NCBI GenBank assembly: GCA_963748295.1
Contig: CAVVIH010000001.1
Coordinates: 238,021 to 302,020, forward strand
DNA: 64,000 bases
Source of the DNA: an uncultured Acidobacteriota bacterium
GTDB taxonomy: Bacteria > Acidobacteriota > Vicinamibacteria > Vicinamibacterales > 2-12-FULL-66-21
Reading direction: 5' to 3'
Shown here: positions 56,990 through 64,000 of the stretch, piece by piece
Position numbering within the stretch: position 1 is the first letter of the stretch
How the letters are laid out: every line of letters starts with the position of its first letter
Program-made: the position numbers and the translations under genes
The notes under the pieces: model-generated
The model's input: only the letters and a program-made list of their open reading frames with translations
Told to the model about the DNA's origin: nothing
Databases searched by the model: none

Positions 56990-57073
56990 GCGTCATCAGT
57001 GTCGAGCCTGCAGGGTAGGCATGGCGGATCATAACAGTATAACGTGCGCCGCGTATTACAATCACAGCACATC

Positions 57074-58315
57074 GTGACAGGATTTCTCCGACAGCAAGGG
57101 GCCCTTTTCTGCGACGGCGTTCCGCTCTCCCGCATCGTTGAAACAGAAGGCACTCCACTCTATGTCTACAGCGCAGCGACCATCGTCGAACGCTACCGCG
57201 CGATCGACGAGGCGTTCGGCTCGTACCCGCATACGCTCCACTACGCGCTGAAGGCAAACTCGACCCTCGCCATCGTGCGGCTGCTCCGGAGTCTCGGCAG
57301 CGGCGTCGACGCGAATTCCGGCGGCGAGATCGACGTCGCCCTGCGCGCCGGCTTCATTCCTCCGCAGATCGTCTTCACCGGCGTCGGCAAGACCGAGGCC
57401 GAGCTCGTGCAGGCCATCGACCTCGGGGTCAAGACGATCAACGCGGAATCGGACGGCGAGCTCGAACGGATCGACCGGCTGGCGCGGATGCGGCAGACCC
57501 GCGCGCGCGTCGCGCTGCGGGTCAACCCGGACATCGACGCGCGCAGCCACCCGCACATCTCGACCGGATTGAAGATCAACAAGTTCGGCATCGCGATGGA
57601 CAACGCGCGCGAGATCGGCCGGCGCTTCGCGCGCGCCGAGGGAGTCGAGATCGTCGGCCTGCACAGCCACGTCGGCTCGCAGATCGTCGATCTGGATCCG
57701 CTCCGTCGCGCCGCCAGTGCGCTCGTCACGCTGGCGCGCGAGCTGGGTGACGATGGGATCGCGATCGAGCATCTCGACGTCGGCGGCGGCCTTGGCGTGT
57801 CGTACGACGGCGCCGCGGTGCCGACCGCCCGCGAATACGCGGATGCGCTGCTGCCGATCGTGCGCGAATCGGGCCTGGCGATCGTGCTCGAACCGGGGCG
57901 CAACATCGTCGCGCCCGCGGGCGCGCTGCTGTCGCGCGTCGTGGACGTCAAGGAGCGGGCCGGCGGCGTGCTGTTCGTCGTGCTCGACGCCGGCATGACC
58001 GAACTGATCCGGCCGATGCTGTACAACGCCTTCCACCGCATCGAGCCGGTCATCGAGCGCAGCGGCCCCGAAGTGACCTGCGACATCGTCGGGCCGCTCT
58101 GCGAGAGCAGCGATACGCTCGGCAAACAGCGCAGCCTGCCAAGACCGCAGGTCGGCGATCTCTTTGCGATCCTCGACACCGGCGCCTACGGATCCGTGAT
58201 GGCCTCGAACTACAATCGCCGGCCCATGCCAGCCGAAGTGCTGGTCGAGAACGGCGGCTATTCCGTGATCCGCCGGCGGCAGACCGTCGACGACCTCGTG
58301 GCGCTGGAAAGCTGA
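57074..58315 (+). CDS. lysA: diaminopimelate decarboxylase
   Basis: TPLYVYSAATIVERY, LHYALKANSTLAIVRLL (PLP Lys), GVDANSGGE, HSHVGSQI, LDVGGGLGVSY, EPGRNIVAPAG, DIVGPLCESSD, GAYGSVMASNYNRRP. The track ORF starts at 57044, but the GTG at 57074 fits the family N-terminus better. Confidence 0.85.
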   Translation: MTGFLRQQGALFCDGVPLSRIVETEGTPLYVYSAATIVERYRAIDEAFGSYPHTLHYALKANSTLAIVRLLRSLGSGVDANSGGEIDVALRAGFIPPQIVFTGVGKTEAELVQAIDLGVKTINAESDGELERIDRLARMRQTRARVALRVNPDIDARSHPHISTGLKINKFGIAMDNAREIGRRFARAEGVEIVGLHSHVGSQIVDLDPLRRAASALVTLARELGDDGIAIEHLDVGGGLGVSYDGAAVPTAREYADALLPIVRESGLAIVLEPGRNIVAPAGALLSRVVDVKERAGGVLFVVLDAGMTELIRPMLYNAFHRIEPVIERSGPEVTCDIVGPLCESSDTLGKQRSLPRPQVGDLFAILDTGAYGSVMASNYNRRPMPAEVLVENGGYSVIRRRQTVDDLVALES

Positions 58316-58316
58316 C

Positions 58317-58902
58317 GTGACCGGCCATCTGATTGCGTTCGAAGGCCTGGATCAGAGCGGGAAGCAGACCCAGGCCGAACAGCTTCGCGATTACCTGTCC
58401 GCGCGAGGACGCGACTGCCGGCTGCTGTCGTTCCCAGACTACGAGACGACCGTCGGGCGAGAGATCTCGCAGGCGCTGCACGGCGAGCGCGACTACACGC
58501 CGGACGTCATGCAGCTGCTCTACGTGACCAACCGCTACGAGAAGCGGCCGCAGATCCAGTCGTGGATCGACGATGGGACGATCGTGCTCTGCGATCGGTA
58601 TCTGGCGTCGAGCGTCGCGTATGGCGAGGCGCAGGGACTCGATCCCGAGTGGCTCACGCACATTCAGCGCTATCTGCCGGTCCCCTCGCTGACGATCCTG
58701 CTCGACATCGCGCCCGGAGACGGCGGTCCGGCGGAAAGCCGCCGGCCGCGATCGCTACGAGCGCGATCTCGAGCTGCTGTCGCGCGTGCGAAAGAGCTAC
58801 GAGCGGCAGGCACGCGCCGCCGACTGGCTGCGCCTCGACGGCGAGCGATCCAGGGATGACGTTGCCCGGGACATCATCGAGGCGGTCTCGACACGACTCG
58901 TG
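58317..58902 (+). CDS. tmk: thymidylate kinase (frame break near 58730)
   Basis: LIAFEGLDQSGKQTQ (P-loop), LCDRYLASSVAYG, LTILLDIAP. The shifted frame then gives AAGRDRYERDLELLSRVRKSYERQA...DDVARDIIEAVSTRLVPR. Confidence 0.8.
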
Positions 58903-59602
58903 CCGCGGTAATCGCCCGGACGTCGGCAGCCCCCGCCTCCCGCAGCACGCGTGCGCACGATTCGAGCGTCGCCCCCGTCGTGCACACATCGTCGACGAGC
59001 ACGATCCGCAGATCCCTGGCGTCAGCCCGCCACGCGAGCCTGAACGCGCCGCGTACGTTCGCGTGGCGCCGCGCTGCCGGCAGGTCCGTTTGTGAAGGGG
59101 TCGCGCGGCGGCGCCGCAGCAGGTGGCGGACCGGGAGGCCGATCGCGGCGGCAATCTCCTCCGCCTGGTTGAAGCCGCGGCTGCGCTGCCGCCGGCGGTG
59201 GAGCGGCACCGGCACGAGGACGTCAGCCGTATCGAGCACGGCTCCGCACTGACGGCGCATCAGCGCGCCAAGCGGCGCCGCGAGCGAACGCCGGCCATCG
59301 TATTTCAGCGCGTGGAGGATCGCCCGGAGCGCGCCTTCGTAGGCGCCGATGGCCGCGCAGCGCGACAGCGCCGACGGCTTTCGCCGGCAGCGCGCGCATG
59401 AGGCCGCTTCAAGGCTGATGACGCGCCACGACGGGAGAGGATCGCCGCAGCGCTCGCACAACGGCGGCACGAACGGCACGACGGAGGACCAGCATCGGGC
59501 GCAGACCGGACCGCGCGTGGGTTCTTCGAGGCTCGCATGGCAGGCGGCGCACGAGGGGGCGAGGATGACGGTGACGAGGCCGTCCGCTAGCGCACGCAGC
59601 AC
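58874..59602 (-). CDS. comF: ComF family phosphoribosyltransferase-like protein
   Basis: N-terminal Cys pairs (CAACH, CARCW, CERCG, CARC), GFNQAEEIA, IVLVDDVCTTGATLESCARVL. Confidence 0.75.
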   Translation of the reverse strand: MLRALADGLVTVILAPSCAACHASLEEPTRGPVCARCWSSVVPFVPPLCERCGDPLPSWRVISLEAASCARCRRKPSALSRCAAIGAYEGALRAILHALKYDGRRSLAAPLGALMRRQCGAVLDTADVLVPVPLHRRRQRSRGFNQAEEIAAAIGLPVRHLLRRRRATPSQTDLPAARRHANVRGAFRLAWRADARDLRIVLVDDVCTTGATLESCARVLREAGAADVRAITAARVVSRPPR

Positions 59603-59629
59603 GGCGCCCGCCCTCGACCGCCGCGTTCG

Positions 59630-60034
59630 TCAGGCCGGTCTGGCTTCGGACTGTTCGTCGATCGAGATGCGTTCCGCGTCGCCCCACAGGCGCTCGAGCG
59701 AGTAGAACTCGCGCGTCTGCGGCACGAAGACGTGAACGATGAAGGAGAAGTAGTCCATGAGGATCCACTCGGCGCGGTCGTAGCCCTCGACGTGAGCCGG
59801 CTTGATCTTCGCCGCCCGCATTGCGTCCTCGACCGCATCGGCAATCGCCTTCACCTGCCGCGGATTCTGCCCCGAGCACAGCACGAAGAAATCGGTGAAC
59901 GCCGGCGTCTTCCGCAAATCGAGGACGACTACATCCGCCGCCTTCTTCTCGAGCGCCGCGCGTACTGCTTTGCTTACCTCGCCGGTCAACCGCTTACGAC
60001 CGCTGGGTGTTCGCCGAGTCTGAGTTTTTGCCAT
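59630..60034 (-). CDS. rsfS: ribosome silencing factor
   Basis: KKAADVVVLDLRKTPAFTDFFVLCSGQNPRQVKAIADAV, WILMDYFSFIVHVFVPQTREFYSLERLWGDA. Confidence 0.85.
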   Translation of the reverse strand: MAKTQTRRTPSGRKRLTGEVSKAVRAALEKKAADVVVLDLRKTPAFTDFFVLCSGQNPRQVKAIADAVEDAMRAAKIKPAHVEGYDRAEWILMDYFSFIVHVFVPQTREFYSLERLWGDAERISIDEQSEARPA

Positions 60035-60766
60035 GCAAGTGATCTGCCGCTGCGCCGACGCCTTGCGGCGTCGAACCGTCCAGATACAAACGGTGCTGAA
60101 TAATGTGCTGCTCCACCGCCGGCGGCGCCAGGCCGGTCAACGCGTCACCATTGCGAATCCGCCGGCGAATCTCCGTCGATGATACGACGGGTGTTTTCCA
60201 ATCGATCAGGAACACTGCAGGCTTCCCTTCGACTCGCTGCGCTCGCTCAGGGCGGGCCCCTTCGACTCGCTCCGCCCGCTCAGGGCGAATGTGCATCCGG
60301 GACGCGAGCGAGGGGAGCAGCGCCGGGAGTGCCGAAGCCTCGTGTCCGGGCCTGGACACGACCACGAAATGCGCCATGTCGAGGACTTCGGGATAGCGGT
60401 GCCATGTCGCAATTTCTGCGAACGCGTCCGCCCCGGTGATGAAAAAGATCTGCGCCGGCTGGAGACCGGACGCGTGCAGGCGCTCGAGAGTCGACGACGT
60501 GTAGGACGTGCCAGGAGCGGACAACTCGAGATCGCTTGCCTCGAGTCCATCGACGCCACTGACCGCCATCGCCGTCATCGCGAAACGATGGAACGCGGTG
60601 GCGGCCGGCTGCGCGGCGCGGTGCGGCGGGATCCGCGACGGCAGCAGCACGACGCGGGCGAGTCCCAGCACGCGCCTCGCGGCGATCGCCACTTCCACGT
60701 GACCGTTGTGCACGGGGTCGAACGTCCCGCCGAGGACTCCAAGACGGGTCGCGCCCGAATCCGGCA

Positions 60767-60767
<1 letters not shown>
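59994..60767 (-). CDS. nadD: nicotinate-nucleotide adenylyltransferase, with an internal 2 x 11-aa insert
   Basis: LGVLGGTFDPVHNGH, FITGADAF, VSSTEIRRRI, IIQHRLY. As read, the ORF runs 41 nt into rsfS. Confidence 0.85.
60226..60291 (-). repeat. 33-bp tandem duplication inside nadD
   Basis: Unit 1 is 60226..60258 and unit 2 is 60259..60291. 27 of the first 29 positions are identical. They encode RPERAERVEGA / RPERAQRVEGK. Confidence 0.8.
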
Positions 60768-61847
<1,080 letters not shown>

Positions 61848-62111
61848 TCACGCGGTTTCGACCGGGTGGACGCTGATGACCCTGCCGCGGCTGCCGTGAT
61901 CCTCGAACTTCACACGGCCGGCGACCTTCGCAAACAGCGTGTCGTCTTTGCCGAGGCCGACGTTGAGCCCGGGCTTGAACCGGCGGCCGCGCTGCCGCAC
62001 CAGGATGGAGCCGCCAGTGACGACGTTGCCGTCGAAACGCTTGACGCCAAGCCGCTGCGAGTTGCTGTCGCGTCCGTTCCGTGAACTACCCTGTCCCTTT
62101 TTTGTTGCCAT
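61848..62111 (-). CDS. rpmA: 50S ribosomal protein L27
   Basis: [61 protein letters not shown]. Confidence 0.95.
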   Translation of the reverse strand: MATKKGQGSSRNGRDSNSQRLGVKRFDGNVVTGGSILVRQRGRRFKPGLNVGLGKDDTLFAKVAGRVKFEDHGSRGRVISVHPVETA

Positions 62112-62144
62112 GATCCAACCTGCTGAATGCTTGAAAAGTTAGAA

Positions 62145-62205
62145 GTACGAAGTTAGAAGTAAGAAGTACCCCGTACCTTGTTACTTCTTACTTCTTACTT
62201 CGTAC
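62145..62205. repeat. long AT-rich hairpin built from inverted heptamer arrays in the rplU-rpmA spacer
   Basis: GTACGAAGTTAGAAGTAAGAAGTA (62145..62168) pairs with TACTTCTTACTTCTTACTTCGTAC (62182..62205). 23 of 24 positions are complementary, with a 13-nt loop. The arms are tandem AGAAGTA-type heptamers. Confidence 0.85.
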
Positions 62206-62225
62206 TCGCGGTGACACTTCTTACT

Positions 62226-62541
62226 TCAGACGACTATGTCTTTGATCCGGACCCGCGTGTATGTGCTGCGATGACCCTTCGTCCGGCGCATGCCCTTGCG
62301 GCGCTTCTTCTTGAAGATCCGGATCTTGGGGCCGCGCGACTCGCCGTCGACGACGCCGAGGACCTTGACGTTCGGCGACGAACGGGGAGCCGGCGAGCAC
62401 CTCGCCGCCGTCCTTTTCGAGCACGAGCACCTGATCGATCGTCACTTCGTCGCCGGCATTGGCGTCGAAGCGGTCGACGGTGATGACGTCTCCGGGACTG
62501 ACTTTCACCTGCCGGCCGCCGCTCTGAATGATTGCGAACAC
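62226..62541 (-). CDS. rplU: 50S ribosomal protein L21 (frame break near 62390)
   Basis: The GTG at 62541 gives FAIIQSGGRQVKVSPGDVITVDRFDANAGDEVTIDQVLVLEKDGGEVLAGSPFVA. The shifted frame then gives KVLGVVDGESRGPKIRIFKKKRRKGMRRTKGHRSTYTRVRIKDIVV, stopping at 62226. Confidence 0.85.
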
Positions 62542-62687
62542 TTCACCGCTCCTCGACAACGCCCAACTCCGGTCGCCGGCGCCCAAACGGGCGTAAGACG
62601 AGGGTTTTGGCTGATTACAAAGAATTTAGGATAGCACGGAATCCGGCCACCGGGCCAGGCTGCGCGGCCGGGCGGGCCGCCTCTACC

Positions 62688-63498
62688 TTACTTGAGAAGG
62701 AACGCGTCGCCGCGGACCTTCTGCGTGCTGAGCGCGTTCAGGAAGCTCGGGATGAGCTTGTCCATCAGCTCGAAATAGGACGACAGCGCCGGCGTGTTCT
62801 GCTGGACGTTGTACAGCACTTCTTCGCGGAACTGCTCCGAGTAGAGCGTCGCGCCGGTGCGGCCGTCGATGAAGATGAACTTCGGGGTGAGGATGAAGCC
62901 CTTGCGCTCCATGTAGGTGCGCACCGGACCGGCGGCCGGCGGCCGAACTGGTCGTACGTTTCCCGCTTGCTCGCATCACCAGACCGCGTCGACTGATGCG
63001 GCGTGAAGAGCACCGTGCCGGTGACGATGAGCGGGTTCTGGTATTCCTCGCCGATCCGCTTCCAGAACTCCACGTCGGCGAAGATGCCCTGGTAGCGCTC
63101 GAGATCCTTTTCGTTTCGAATGCGCAGTGGTCGGCCTGGCGGTCTGCGGCACGGGCCGGGCTGACCGTCGGCGCTGCCTTCGGCTGCGCGCCGGCGGTGC
63201 CGTTCGCTGCTGGACCTGCTTCGTGGCGAGCTCGGCGAGCGGCAGCGCCTCGGCTTCGATCACCCGCAGACGTCGACTTGCTTCGCAACTGGCTGCGCAG
63301 CAGCCGCACGGTTTCGAGGTTCGCATCGACGTCCTCGGTGCCGCCGCCGATGAACCCGGCGACCAGCACGCGCTGGAACGCGGACACGTCCATCTTCGGC
63401 TGGATCGGTGTTTCGATCGGGATTTCGTAGAAGTTCGTGCAGGCGAGCGACCCGCACAGCGCGAGGCTAGCGATCGCGGCGACGCTTCGTGCGGTCAT
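62688..63498 (-). pseudogene. hypothetical lipoprotein, at least three frame breaks as assembled
   Basis: MTARSVAAIASLALCGSLAC (lipobox) TNFYEIPIETPIQPKMDVSAFQRVLVAGFIGGG... (ORF 62683..63498). The protein continues in ORFs 62976..63326, 62765..63073 (EFWKRIGEEYQNPLIVTGTVLFTPH) and 62688..62924 (RTYMERKGFILTPKFIFIDGRTGATLYSEQFREEVLYNV...). Confidence 0.5.
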
Positions 63499-63823
63499 TG
63501 AGTTCTTTGAAGAGATCGTAGTTCTGCCGGATCAGCAGGTTGTCAGGGTCGAGCGAGACGGCGTTTTCGTACGCCTTCTCCGCCTCTTCGAAGTTCCCTG
63601 CTGTTCGTAGGCGATTGCGAGATTGTTCCACGCGGACGCGTAGGTGGGATCGATCTGAACGTGCGCGCTGCCAGCGGTAGGCCGCTTCTTTCCAGAGGCC
63701 GTTCTGCGCGACCTTGATTCCGAACTCGACCTGTTCTTTCGCTTCCGAGCGCGCATCGCCGGCCTACGCGAGCGTCGCAAATCCGACGAGCGCTACGGAG
63801 AGCGTGCAGGCTCTGAGATACAT
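63467..63823 (-). pseudogene. small TPR-motif protein with signal-like N-terminus; in-frame TAG plus frame breaks as assembled
   Basis: The ATG at 63823 gives MYLRACTLSVALVGFATLA, then TAG, then AGDARSEAKEQVEFGIKVAQNGLWKEAAYRWQRA. The shifted frames give IDPTYASAWNNLAIAYEQQG and FEEAEKAYENAVSLDPDNLLIRQNYDLF. Confidence 0.45.
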
Positions 63824-63835
63824 GGGTTAGGGTCC

Positions 63836-63863
63836 ACTATAGCACCGCGTCAAGCGGTGGCAA
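63836..63863 (-). promoter_or_regulatory. candidate sigma-70 promoter for the TPR gene
   Basis: The minus strand reads TTGCCA (63863..63858), 16-nt spacer, TATAGT (63841..63836). The spacer contains the palindrome CACCGC ttgac GCGGTG. This would give a nearly leaderless mRNA. Confidence 0.3.
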
Positions 63864-64000
63864 GGGGATTCACGGGGGTCCGTTGAGCAATGCGTGTACC
63901 ACGGTCCGTTACGCCGGCCACGCGAGCTGACAGCCACGTGATCATCGGCCAAATTCGTAAGCGGCCGACGAGCCCGTAATCGCGACGGGTTGGACCGGGC

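Overview
High-GC (about two-thirds G+C or more by eye) chromosomal segment of a diderm bacterium (lpxC, a TolB-like propeller and a BepA-like M48 protease are present). The phylum cannot be fixed without a database search. All domain calls were made by eye from the ORF track and the DNA, with no searches. I call about 55 protein genes and see no rRNA, tRNA, CRISPR array, transposase or integrase. Housekeeping genes: tkt, nadE, uvrA, lpxC, lysA, tmk, comF, rsfS, nadD, obg, rpmA, rplU, mtgA and an IDH-family dehydrogenase. Accessory content worth a second look: (1) a 31.3-40.9 kb locus holding two secreted S8 subtilases whose C-termini are arrays of a Trp-containing hexapeptide (TIVWAD x13; xIVWGT x15), two paralogous cytoplasmic GNAT acetyltransferases and a peptide-type ABC importer, with sigma-54-type promoter candidates in front of both protease units; (2) an adjacent stretch of about 3.6 kb with much lower GC, carrying a 7TM-HD-GYP-GAF-degenerate-GGDEF protein and a TPR protein that probably continues into a receiver-less sigma-54 activator; (3) a divergent pair of TLC/Npt1-like transporter-HEAT proteins, one with two cNMP-binding domains; (4) a PD40 propeller-GGT fusion; (5) an ECF sigma-STAS-89 aa-radical SAM operon. 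More than 25 reading-frame breaks occur, including in rplU, obg, uvrA and tmk. They are densest at both window ends and several fall in homopolymer runs, so I read most as assembly indels rather than real pseudogenes.
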